Shown piece by piece: positions 10,028-18,842 of a stretch of 64,000 bases of DNA. The notes beneath the pieces are model-generated. The model was given only the letters and a program-made list of their open reading frames with translations. It did not search any database and was not told where the DNA came from. A program made the translations under genes and the position numbers. Positions within the stretch are counted from its first letter, which is position 1; each line of letters begins with the position of its first letter. The DNA comes from Sphaerobacteraceae bacterium (GTDB lineage: Bacteria > Chloroflexota > Chloroflexia > Thermomicrobiales > UBA6265), in the NCBI GenBank assembly GCA_016781925.1, contig JADDPH010000091.1, forward strand, positions 33,017 through 97,016. The letters run 5' to 3'.

Positions 10028-11847
10028 CTGTTGAGTACGACGTGCCGCCCAGTGTCACCGGCAAGCTGACCTGCGGATCGCTTCGGGAAGGGAACGCCGG
10101 GGAGGGGGTCAGGCTTCAGGGTTGGGTCAACCGGCGGCGCGACCTGGGCGGTCTGATCTTTGTGGATCTGCGCGACCGGTATGGGACGACCCAAGTGGTC
10201 TTCAACCCGCAGACCGCGCCCGAAGCGCACGCTGCCGCCAGCGACCTGCGCAACGAGTTCGTCGTGCGGGTGCACGGGACGGTCCGACTCCGCCCTGCTG
10301 GGACCGAGAACCCGAAGATGGCCACCGGGGGGATCGAGGTCGAGGCGACGGGCGTCGAGGTGTTGAACGAGGCGAAAACGCCGCCCTTTTATGTCAACGA
10401 AGAGGTCGAGGTTGACGAGAACCTTCGCCTTCAGTATCGGTACCTCGACCTGCGACGCGCCGGTATGCAGCACAACGTCATCTTGCGACACCGGCTTGTG
10501 AAACGGATTCGCGACTTCCTCGATGAGCAGGGGTTTGTCGAGGTAGAAACGCCGCTGCTCATCAAGAGCACGCCTGAAGGCGCCCGGGACTTCCTCGTGC
10601 CGAGCAGTGGCATGCCCGGGACGTTCTACGCCCTGCCCCAGTCGCCGCAGCAACTCAAGCAGCTCCTTATGGTGGCCGGCTTTGACCGCTACTTCCAGAT
10701 CGCGCGCTGCTTCCGGGACGAGGCGCAGCGGGCGGACCGCCAGCCAGAGTTCACCCAACTCGACTTGGAGATGTCCTTCGTCGAACAGGAGGACGTGATG
10801 GGCCTGATCGAGGCTCTTTACGTCGAACTGACACGGTCATTCTCCCAGAAGCGCTTTCGGGAACTACCCTTCCCGCGCTTGACGTATCGGGAGGCCATGG
10901 AGCGCTTCGGAAGCGATCGGCCTGACCTCCGATTCGGCCTTGAACTTCAAGACGTGTCGGGCGCGCTGACTGAGACCACATTCAAGGCATTCGCCGGCGT
11001 ACTAGAAGCAGGCGGCCAGGTCAAAGCGGTTGTCGCGCCGGGTTGCGCCACCTATAGTCGACGCGAGATTGACGCCCTCACGGAGATAGCGAAGCGGGCT
11101 GGCGCGAAGGGCCTGGCGACGCTGGCCCTTGACGCAAATGGCCTGCGCTCCCCGATCGCCAAGTTTCTCTCCGAGGAGGAACAGGCAGCGCTTACCGCCG
11201 GCATCGGAGCCAGCCCGGGTGACCTCGTGCTCGTGGTCGCGGACCAGCCGGCCGTGGTGGCGAAGGCACTGTCTGCCCTCCGCGACGAACTCGGTCAACG
11301 ACTCGGGCTTACCGACCCAAACGAGATGGCCTACTGCTGGGTCTACGAGTTCCCACTTCTGGAGTGGGACGAGGAAGGCGAGCGGTGGGATGCCACCCAT
11401 AACCCGTTCTCAGGGTATCTGGAAGAAGACCATGACCTGCTAGAGACGGACCCGGGAGCGGTACGTGCCAAGCAGTACGATCTCGTAGGCAATGGCAACG
11501 AGCTTGGCGGCGGCAGCGTGCGGCTCCACCGTCGCGTCGACCAGGAACGGGTCTTTGGCTTGATGGGTTACGCCCGGGAAGACTTGCAGGATCGCTTCGG
11601 AGCGCTGTTGGATGCTCTGGAGTACGGCGCGCCTCCGCACGGCGGCATCGCGATGGGCATCGACCGGTTCGTGATGCTCCTCGCTGACGAGGAGAACATC
11701 CGCCAGGTGATCGCCTTCCCCAAAAATCAGCGCGGCATCGACGTCATGTTCGCCGCTCCGGCGCCGGTTGACACGAGCCAACTCGCGGAGCTTGGGCTGA
11801 CCCTCGTGCCAGCGTTGAACAGGGGAGATACGGGCGGAGCCGGCTAG
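10024..11847 (+). CDS. aspS: Aspartate--tRNA ligase
   Basis: RRRDLGGLIFVDLRD, ALPQSPQ, FRDE..RADRQPEFTQLD, GAPPHGGIAMGIDR. Confidence 0.97.
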   Translation: MTVEYDVPPSVTGKLTCGSLREGNAGEGVRLQGWVNRRRDLGGLIFVDLRDRYGTTQVVFNPQTAPEAHAAASDLRNEFVVRVHGTVRLRPAGTENPKMATGGIEVEATGVEVLNEAKTPPFYVNEEVEVDENLRLQYRYLDLRRAGMQHNVILRHRLVKRIRDFLDEQGFVEVETPLLIKSTPEGARDFLVPSSGMPGTFYALPQSPQQLKQLLMVAGFDRYFQIARCFRDEAQRADRQPEFTQLDLEMSFVEQEDVMGLIEALYVELTRSFSQKRFRELPFPRLTYREAMERFGSDRPDLRFGLELQDVSGALTETTFKAFAGVLEAGGQVKAVVAPGCATYSRREIDALTEIAKRAGAKGLATLALDANGLRSPIAKFLSEEEQAALTAGIGASPGDLVLVVADQPAVVAKALSALRDELGQRLGLTDPNEMAYCWVYEFPLLEWDEEGERWDATHNPFSGYLEEDHDLLETDPGAVRAKQYDLVGNGNELGGGSVRLHRRVDQERVFGLMGYAREDLQDRFGALLDALEYGAPPHGGIAMGIDRFVMLLADEENIRQVIAFPKNQRGIDVMFAAPAPVDTSQLAELGLTLVPALNRGDTGGAG

Positions 11848-12860
11848 CCAACCTCGGGCACCGTCGCAAGGGTCCAAGAAAGTCCGCCGCTCGCATCGAT
11901 GCCGTCGAAGGTACCAAGCCTCCGGGGCGAGCCGGGCTCGGCCGGTGGGGTGATTGCTAACGCCCAGAGCGCGAATCGGTCGCCGTCCGGCGTGAGGTAG
12001 GCCAGCCACCTCCCGTCAGGCGACCACGTCGCACCGATCGCCTGAGCCCCCTGAGTCACCTGCTGCCGATCACCGCCCTGGCGATCGATCAGCCAGAGGT
12101 CGGTCACCCCGCCTGCTGCCCGGATTGAGACGACGACGTTCTCGGCGTCAGGCGAGATAGCCGGATCGAACACGCCCCCGGCGTCGTCCGCCAGAAGTGT
12201 CGTCGACCCGTCAGTCAGATCACCCACCATCACCCGGGTCGGCCCGCTCTCCGGGTCGAGACCACGCTCGGTGTAGGCCGTCCAGCGTCCATCCGCCGAA
12301 AGACTGATGCCTTCGATGCCTCCACCATCAGTCGCACCTGGAACTTGGACCGGCGCGGCGGCGGGTTCGGCGAGCAACCACATGACCATCCGCCCGCCCG
12401 GCCTGGCCTCCTCCGATGCGTAAGCGATGATGCCTGAGGAGGCCCAAGACGGGTCTTGCACCCACACACTGCTGTCCACGTACTCCCGGCTGCCAGGCTC
12501 AAAGCAAGGCATGTTGGCAGTCAGTGGCGTGTCGGAACCATCCGTGAGGGAATGAAGGACGAGGTCGGAGAAGCTGTCCCCGACCATGACGTAAAGAACC
12601 GCGGTCCCGTCGGGCGACCACCTCGGATCTGTTGCAGCCTCACCGTCGAAAAGCTTTCGGGTAGAGCCGGCACTCCATGCCCAGACATCCCCATCCCGGG
12701 AAAACGCGATAGATCCCTCGGGTAGCCCATCCTCGGCACGGGATGATGCATGAGCAAGGGCGGGAAGCGCTGCCAGCGAGAGCGACAGAAACAGCGCCGC
12801 GCCCACACCGACTCGTCTCACGCTGGAAGCACTGCAATCAACGAGGGCGCCAATCGGCAA
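11844..12860 (-). CDS. Secreted TolB-like/PD40 beta-propeller protein
   Basis: Signal-like RRVGVGAALFLSLSLAALPALAHA; repeats DPRWSPDG, DPSWASSG, ISLSADG, DPAISPDA, ATWSPDG; start may be GTG 12821. Confidence 0.8.
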   Translation of the reverse strand: MPIGALVDCSASSVRRVGVGAALFLSLSLAALPALAHASSRAEDGLPEGSIAFSRDGDVWAWSAGSTRKLFDGEAATDPRWSPDGTAVLYVMVGDSFSDLVLHSLTDGSDTPLTANMPCFEPGSREYVDSSVWVQDPSWASSGIIAYASEEARPGGRMVMWLLAEPAAAPVQVPGATDGGGIEGISLSADGRWTAYTERGLDPESGPTRVMVGDLTDGSTTLLADDAGGVFDPAISPDAENVVVSIRAAGGVTDLWLIDRQGGDRQQVTQGAQAIGATWSPDGRWLAYLTPDGDRFALWALAITPPAEPGSPRRLGTFDGIDASGGLSWTLATVPEVG

Positions 12861-14355
12861 GAACGTCCCTGGCCACCTCTCCTTCGTTCCATGGACGCTT
12901 CTCCCTCCCCCAAATCATGCTGCTCTCGTGCCCCTTGCCGGCGAGCAGGACGCAATCCCCAGGGCGGGCCACGGTAATCGCCTGGCGGATGGCGTCCCGC
13001 CGGTCGGTCACCGTCTCAAACGTCAATCCAGGCCGACCGCCCGCGTCCTCCGCCCCTTCAGCAATCTGCCGGATGATACTTTCCGGGTCTTCAAATCGGG
13101 GATCCTCGCTGGTGAACACACTGTAGTCCGCCAAGCGCGCGCAGACAGCACCCTGAAGTGGTCGCTTTTGGACATCCCGCTCGCCCGCGCTTCCTGAGAC
13201 CACGATCAGCCGACCGCTTGGGTGAAGACTCCGTAATAGCCGGAGCACCTTCGCGAGCGACTCCGGTGTGTGCGCGTAGTCAACGATTACGCTGAACGGC
13301 TGGCCGGCGTCGATGCGCGCTAGACGCCCGGGGATGGGCTCGACCCCCTCCAGTCCGTCGACGATCGCATCCCACGAGAGACCAGCTGCAGCGGCCACCC
13401 CGGAGGCGCAGAGGGCGTTCTCCACGTTGAACCCCCCGAGCAGCGGTAAATTGACGCGGCGCCTGGTTGTGCCATCCGACACATCGAAGCTGGAACCGGT
13501 CGCTCGGAGTTCAATCTCTTCCGCGACGATGTCTGCAGGACGAGCCGAGGCGCTGTATCGAAGAAGCGTCCCGCCGGATGCGAAGTTGATCATCTCCATA
13601 GCGCCTGGGTCGTCGACGTTGATCACAGCCGTTCCCCGGGCGGCTGCTACCCGCTCGAACAACACTCCCTTCGCGCGCCGGTACGCCTCGACGGTGCCGT
13701 GATGCTCCAGGTGCTCGTGGGTGATGTTGGTGACCGCCCCAATGACGAATCTCGTTTCGTCGAGACGGTGGAGGTCGAGCCCGTGGGACGTCGCCTCAAC
13801 GACGGCCCACGCTACCCCGGCGTCCACCATCTCTCGCAAGTACCGCTGGATGTCCAACGACTCGGGAGTCGTCTGCCGGCTCGCGTGGTGGTCAACGAGG
13901 TCGCCGATCCGGATCGCGACCGTCCCGATCATGCCGGTCTTCTTCCCTGAGCGGCGCAGGATGGCGTCGACGAGGTACGACGTGGTCGTCTTCCCATCCG
14001 TACCCGTGATCCCGATGACGTCGAGATGCTGGGACGGGTGATCGAAGAAGGCGGCAGCAACGATGGGGAGGCTTGACCGGGTGTCCCGGGCGACGAGCTG
14101 CGGCACGGAAAGGGCCATCTCCCGCTCGACCATCACCGCGGAGGCGCCTCGCGCGACCGCGTCGGGCACGAAGTCGTGGCCATCGAAGTCGGCGCCACGC
14201 AACGCCACGAAGAGGTCGCCGGGCGTGACGGACCGGGAGTCGTATGTCACGCCGGTCAGGAGGGCGTCTCCCTTGACCCAGCATATGCTGTCGGAAAGTC
14301 CCTCCGCGAGCGAAGTGAGGCCGCAGGCGCGGACGTGTGTCAGGCTGTTATCCAC
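12838..14355 (-). CDS. murE: MurE ligase (third stem residue probably not meso-DAP)
   Basis: DSRSVTPGDLF, GITGTDGKTTT, TTPES, NITHEHLEHH, VDYAHTP, LAGKGHE; specificity loop EDPR. Confidence 0.95.
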   Translation of the reverse strand: MDNSLTHVRACGLTSLAEGLSDSICWVKGDALLTGVTYDSRSVTPGDLFVALRGADFDGHDFVPDAVARGASAVMVEREMALSVPQLVARDTRSSLPIVAAAFFDHPSQHLDVIGITGTDGKTTTSYLVDAILRRSGKKTGMIGTVAIRIGDLVDHHASRQTTPESLDIQRYLREMVDAGVAWAVVEATSHGLDLHRLDETRFVIGAVTNITHEHLEHHGTVEAYRRAKGVLFERVAAARGTAVINVDDPGAMEMINFASGGTLLRYSASARPADIVAEEIELRATGSSFDVSDGTTRRRVNLPLLGGFNVENALCASGVAAAAGLSWDAIVDGLEGVEPIPGRLARIDAGQPFSVIVDYAHTPESLAKVLRLLRSLHPSGRLIVVSGSAGERDVQKRPLQGAVCARLADYSVFTSEDPRFEDPESIIRQIAEGAEDAGGRPGLTFETVTDRRDAIRQAITVARPGDCVLLAGKGHESSMIWGREKRPWNEGEVARDVLADWRPR

Positions 14356-15442
14356 GGAGGACCGTCGCGTGCCGACCTATCCAGGAGAGGATCGGATGAT
14401 AGCGTCGTTCCATCGCCGGCGGGTACGAAATGATTTGCCCGCCGAAGCGGACCTTGAAGTTGTAGAGGCCACGCCAGTCATCACCGTGCGTGCCCGCCAT
14501 TCTCCGGGTGTCATCGGAGGAACCGGGGTCTTGAAGGGGGATTCCCCAGAGGTCATAGCGACGGCAGCCTTGATCGCGTGCCCAGCGCATCGCCTCGAAC
14601 TGGAGCAGAAAGGCCGCCCCGTGCGCCCGGAACTCCGTAGACGACCCTCCATACATGTAGATGGCCTCGTCGGCGAAGCGGGCGGCGATCAGACCGGCGG
14701 CAACCGTGCCGTCGATCACTGCGAAGAGCAGCAGCGCCTGCTCCCCGAAAAGGCGCATGAAATCGGCATAGTAGGACCGCTCGTGGATTCCAAACTCGTT
14801 GCGCTGCGCGGTGTCGGCCAAGAGAGCATAGAAGGTGTCGATGGCGTCGGCGTCTCCATCACGGCGCTGGACCACCACACCCCTGCGCTGAGCCAAGCGG
14901 ACGTTATAGCGGGTCTTCTGGTGCATCTGGTCAAGCAGAGCCTGATCGTCAAGGAGTGGCACCTTGACGGTTCGCATCGGCTGAAACGCTTCCTGGCCGC
15001 GAACGAACCCGGCAGACTTGTAAGTGCCGCTCAACCCGAGGCGCGTGTCTGGCTCCACGAGCAAGCTCACCGCCCGCCGGTCCCGGCAGACGGCATCAAT
15101 CTCTGCCATAAGCACCTTAAAAAGTGTGGGTCGGTCCCCTGCAAGCGTGGGTCCGCGGGGGATGTACCCGATGCTCACCGGTCCCCGGTGACGGAAGAGC
15201 ACCTGGGCCAGCGCCGAGCCGGCTGGCTGCTCCACCCGGACGCGCTCCGCATCCCACCCGTGGAGCTTCTTGAATTCACCCCACTGCCACGATTGCAGAA
15301 GGTGTCCATCATGGCGGGACAGATCCGCGTTCCACCTTCGAGCCGGGAAAGACTCAGAGCTGGACGTATTCGGGCCCTGATGAGGCGGTGAAGGGGTAGG
15401 CGCTGTGCTAGACGACGAACTCTTGGTGGCCGTTGTCACCAT
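14348..15442 (-). CDS. FemABX family peptidoglycan bridge aminoacyltransferase
   Basis: HLLQSWQWGEFK, YIPRGP, KTRYNVRLAQRRGV, YMYGGS, LQFEAMRWA, YDLWGI, GLYNFKVRFGG. Confidence 0.92.
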   Translation of the reverse strand: MVTTATKSSSSSTAPTPSPPHQGPNTSSSESFPARRWNADLSRHDGHLLQSWQWGEFKKLHGWDAERVRVEQPAGSALAQVLFRHRGPVSIGYIPRGPTLAGDRPTLFKVLMAEIDAVCRDRRAVSLLVEPDTRLGLSGTYKSAGFVRGQEAFQPMRTVKVPLLDDQALLDQMHQKTRYNVRLAQRRGVVVQRRDGDADAIDTFYALLADTAQRNEFGIHERSYYADFMRLFGEQALLLFAVIDGTVAAGLIAARFADEAIYMYGGSSTEFRAHGAAFLLQFEAMRWARDQGCRRYDLWGIPLQDPGSSDDTRRMAGTHGDDWRGLYNFKVRFGGQIISYPPAMERRYHPILSWIGRHATVLRG

Positions 15443-16386
15443 TGCCCGTCCAAGCTCTCCCCTCTCACCTCTTCCAGGGCATCGTCAATGATCTCGATAT
15501 CTGCCTCCGGGGCATCCTCCGCGAGGCTCTCCAGCAGCCGGACCGCCTCTTTCCCTCCAATGCGGGAGATCGACGAGATCGCAGCGTGGCGGACCTCCGG
15601 ATCCTCGTCTTCTGCCGCAACGCGAAGCCTCGGCAGGGCCCGCTCGTCAAGAAGGTGACCGCAGGCCCGCGCCGCCTCATAGCGCATCTCCGGGTCATCG
15701 TGCTCAAGGCTGTCGAGCACGGGATCAAGCCAGCGCTCGTCCCCGCTGCGGCCCATCGCGTGGATTGCTCCAGCTTCAAGATCCGCGTCGCCGGAATCGT
15801 AGGCGTCGCGGATTAGCTGGTGGACGGCATCGCTCTCTTGAAACACCGCCACAGCTTCGAGAGCCGCCCGCTGGACGAGGCTTGGCTCCGCCTCGTTGGA
15901 GGCAGCCTCAATAAGGGCCGCCCGGAGGCGATCGACCCACTGAACGGGAGAGTCCCCTTCTGCGGCCGCGTCCGCGAAGCGCGCAAGGGCACGCGCCGCT
16001 TGGACCCGGACGCCAACAGAAGGATCCGCGTCAAGCAGCTCCAGCAGGCGCTCCGCGAGGTCGGATCGATCGTCCTCCCACAGCGCCTCAACGGCAAGTT
16101 GGCGAACCTCCGGCGAGGCGTCGTTGAGCCCGACTCGCAACGCTCGGCCGAAGTTGATATCCAGGCGATCCTCGGACAGCGCATTCATCTCGCGAACCAC
16201 ATCAGCCCGCGTTGACTCCGGCAACTGAGGCCACCCAGCGGCGAAGATGCGGACGGCAGCCCGGTCCAGGTCTGAGAACTTCGCCACATCGGACGCTCGC
16301 ACGTTCCCTCTCGCCAGAGCGAGCAGTGCCGACGCGACGTCCTTCTCCTGATCAGGAAGTGCTTCCGGGGACGTAGGTGTAGGCAT
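15436..16386 (-). CDS. HEAT/PBS-lyase-like repeat protein
   Basis: Repeated L.D..P.VR..A..AL units (DASPEVRQLAVEAL, DPSVGVRVQAARAL, DDPEMRYEAARACG, EDPEVRHAAISSI); start moved to ATG 16386. Confidence 0.85.
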   Translation of the reverse strand: MPTPTSPEALPDQEKDVASALLALARGNVRASDVAKFSDLDRAAVRIFAAGWPQLPESTRADVVREMNALSEDRLDINFGRALRVGLNDASPEVRQLAVEALWEDDRSDLAERLLELLDADPSVGVRVQAARALARFADAAAEGDSPVQWVDRLRAALIEAASNEAEPSLVQRAALEAVAVFQESDAVHQLIRDAYDSGDADLEAGAIHAMGRSGDERWLDPVLDSLEHDDPEMRYEAARACGHLLDERALPRLRVAAEDEDPEVRHAAISSISRIGGKEAVRLLESLAEDAPEADIEIIDDALEEVRGESLDGQW

Positions 16387-18184
16387 CAGTCTTGTCGGAA
16401 TCCCGGGCAAACGCCCCTGTCTCATCGTTCTCCAGAACCGCTCGCAGCGAGTTGGCCGTGAACGGCCGCTCAATGTTGACCGCGGCAAGGAGATCGTCAA
16501 ACGTCGCGGAGAGTCCCGGGCTGTCGGTCTGGTCGCCGATCCGCTCAAAGGTGAGCGAGACAACGGTCTCTGGTCGCCGCCGGCTCTTCTCGTCCAGCGG
16601 CTTCTCGGAAGCCAATCTGGGGAATCGCTCCTCGGTCATCAGCATTTCGTCCGCCACCGCGCAGCCATAGGTCGTCGGTCGGAAGACGTACCGTTGCGCC
16701 CGGCGCTCGTCCAACTCAAGGAGACGGGCGCTCTGGTTGCCGGCCGCCAGGTACTCGGCAATGTAATGGCCGTCGTTCTCCGTTCGCGTCAGGGAGAGCA
16801 ACGCGCCGGGCACGAGATTCTCGGTATAGAAGTCGTCCAGGCCCAGGATGAAACCACCCCGGTTCGGCGTGGGGTATCGCAAATCGACCAGATAGGTCGT
16901 GTAGGACTGAGGTGTCTCGAAGGTCAGCACGGCGGAACGCTGGTCAGGCAGCATCGGAGCGGGCAGCAGTCGCTGAAGGTCTGCGTCGTAGGGCAGCAAC
17001 CCGTGGTGATACTCGTAGAAAGTCAGGACGTGATCCACGGAGTTGACCGAGCGGTACTGAGGTGCCTCGGGAAGTTCCTCCAGGAGGAAGCGGTAGTCGT
17101 TGCCGATCTCGTTCGGCTTTCGGCGGGTCGTACCGATCTGAGGCAGCCCGCTCGTGCTCCAGAAGCGCTGATTGGCGGTGCCGACAAAGTCAAACTCGCG
17201 GTGCTCGCGGGAGAGACGGAAGTTAACGGCGAACCGCATCAGGTCGAAATCGGGCGAGTTCGGCCGCACTGATAGCACGTCTTGCACGAGCACGTCATCC
17301 GTCAGCGGCTGCTCCTGCTCCTGGATGTATTCCTTCATGCGGCGCAGGTCACCACGGCTGAACCGGGGCACCCGGTCCTCGGCCATCCATTGTTCACCGA
17401 AGTTGGCCAGCCGAACGTCCGCCCTGAGGCGGTCTCGGATCGCCATGGCCAGGTCTCGATCGTCGACTCCGGCGACATCTGTGGTGGAGACCGCAGGGAC
17501 GGTGATGGTGCGGGCCAATGGCGCCTCTGGCTGCTCCGGCTCTGGTTCCGGCTCCACCTCCGCGGCGACAGGCTCGACCGCCACCTCGGGCGCGACTGCC
17601 ACCTCCGCAACCCCTGCCTCGGCGGCCGCTACCTCAACAGCCCCCGTCGCGGCGATTGCCACGTCGATGGGCTGCTCGTCTGCCTCAAGCTCTTCGTCAT
17701 CAAACGCGGCCAGGGTGGCCGGGAGCGTCGCCCAGGATGGGTCGACGCGCGCGCGCTCACGGACCGGCTGAGCCGGGGCATCGGGCTTTGGAAGCGGCGT
17801 TAGAAAGCGCTTGACGAACGAATGACGAGCCCCGTCCCCAGGAATGCCCGGGACTTGCCCACCCCTCGTGGAGATGAGGATTGGCTCCTCGTTGACCACA
17901 TCGACCGCGAACGCCGTCGGGTTCAACTCCGCAACAGCGCGGATCCGGTCGGGTGTCAACGAGGGCTGTTCCCGACTGAGGTATGACGCGATGGACGCCA
18001 CACTGACCCGAATTGGAGCATCGGCCGACATGAAGCGCCCATGGGCGCGCATCAAGGCAACCATCTGCTCGGCAAGTCGCTGATCGTCATCCGAGCCAGC
18101 AAACTGCGGCGCGCCGCGCTCTGCCTGTGTAACCATTTCGTCCCGTGCCTCCAGTCCGTGCTGTGCCGTCGTCGTCACGGACAC
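16352..18184 (-). CDS. Hypothetical 610-aa protein, putative multi-winged-helix nucleic-acid-binding protein with acidic linker
   Basis: Long ORF with protein-like composition, coupled to both neighbours; E/A/V/P-rich linker; the fold call is inference. Confidence 0.85.
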   Translation of the reverse strand: MSVTTTAQHGLEARDEMVTQAERGAPQFAGSDDDQRLAEQMVALMRAHGRFMSADAPIRVSVASIASYLSREQPSLTPDRIRAVAELNPTAFAVDVVNEEPILISTRGGQVPGIPGDGARHSFVKRFLTPLPKPDAPAQPVRERARVDPSWATLPATLAAFDDEELEADEQPIDVAIAATGAVEVAAAEAGVAEVAVAPEVAVEPVAAEVEPEPEPEQPEAPLARTITVPAVSTTDVAGVDDRDLAMAIRDRLRADVRLANFGEQWMAEDRVPRFSRGDLRRMKEYIQEQEQPLTDDVLVQDVLSVRPNSPDFDLMRFAVNFRLSREHREFDFVGTANQRFWSTSGLPQIGTTRRKPNEIGNDYRFLLEELPEAPQYRSVNSVDHVLTFYEYHHGLLPYDADLQRLLPAPMLPDQRSAVLTFETPQSYTTYLVDLRYPTPNRGGFILGLDDFYTENLVPGALLSLTRTENDGHYIAEYLAAGNQSARLLELDERRAQRYVFRPTTYGCAVADEMLMTEERFPRLASEKPLDEKSRRRPETVVSLTFERIGDQTDSPGLSATFDDLLAAVNIERPFTANSLRAVLENDETGAFARDSDKTDAYTYVPGSTS

Positions 18185-18187
18185 GTT

Positions 18188-18316
18188 TTAGCCCTTGCTC
18201 GATTGTCCTCGAAGAGCATCAATCAACTGCTGCGTCGTCACTGGTTGGGGTGAGTTACGCAGAAGGGTCAGTAGGTAGGCTACGTCTTCGTCGCTGAGGC
18301 GGATCGGGGCGCTCAC
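18188..18316 (-). CDS. Small 42-aa protein MSAPIRLSDEDVAYLLTLLRNSPQPVTTQQLIDALRGQSSKG
   Basis: GGAG SD 5 nt before GTG 18316; amphipathic helix-P-helix pattern; stop TAA 3 nt before the next start; below the ORF-track length cutoff. Confidence 0.7.
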   Translation of the reverse strand: MSAPIRLSDEDVAYLLTLLRNSPQPVTTQQLIDALRGQSSKG

Positions 18317-18522
18317 TTAGACTCCATTCACGTTGGGCCGCCCGTAACAACCAGATCGAGGAGCCGATCTAACCCGAGGCAGGCGGCGTGCTAACTGGTC
18401 AAGTGTAGCCAGCGAGGGGCCTCACTGCCACCGTGAGGCTACGTGTTTTCGCGCTCCCTGGCGCGAGCCGATCGTGGGCGGCTCGCCCTCGCCAGCCTTA
18501 CCATTTTTGACCTCTTCATCCG

Positions 18523-18550
18523 TTGCGCTCTGCCCCCGATGTGGTAGACT
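18523..18550 (+). promoter_or_regulatory. Promoter for tRNA-Asn
   Basis: TTGCGC-16 nt-TAGACT with extended TGn. Confidence 0.55.
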
Positions 18551-18573
18551 GCTCGGCGGCGAAAAAACGCTAT

Positions 18574-18645
18574 TCCCCGATAGCTCAATGGTAGAGCGCC
18601 CGGCTGTTAACCGGTAGGTTCTAGGTTCGAGTCCTAGTCGGGGAG
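18574..18645 (+). tRNA. tRNA-Asn (GTT), CCA not encoded
   Basis: Acceptor TCCCCGA/TCGGGGA, D arm GCTCAATGGTAGAGC, anticodon arm CCGG-CTGTTAA-CCGG, T arm CTAGG-TTCGAGT-CCTAG; discriminator G followed by CCC. Confidence 0.97.
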
Positions 18646-18842
18646 CCCGCTTCAGAACCCCTCACGATTCGTTATCAGGCCAACCTTCGATACCAGGGAC
18701 CTGCAACGGCCGGCTGATCCTTTTGGATCCGGGGCTGGCTTTCGCTTGCGCGACGCAGGCAGAGGATAGATCCTCCAGGGAGGAATCACAGTTTCGCGTC
18801 GCCCCATCGGCGGGAATGAGTTGGTGTGACGGGAGGGACTTC

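Noticed and set aside
14063-15391. Long antisense/shadow ORFs (also 7338-8411, 9568-10758, 26704-27648, 34762-35700, 47205-48368, 49739-50806)
   Set aside because: They lie opposite well-supported genes, lack motifs and are expected from high-GC codon bias.
17520-17710. Short repeated units encoding EPEPEPE and AEVA
   Set aside because: In-frame low-complexity protein linker; no constant repeat-spacer periodicity, so not CRISPR.
18574-18842. tRNA-Asn as a possible island integration site
   Set aside because: No integrase, no duplicated tRNA 3' end noticed and ordinary flanking genes.
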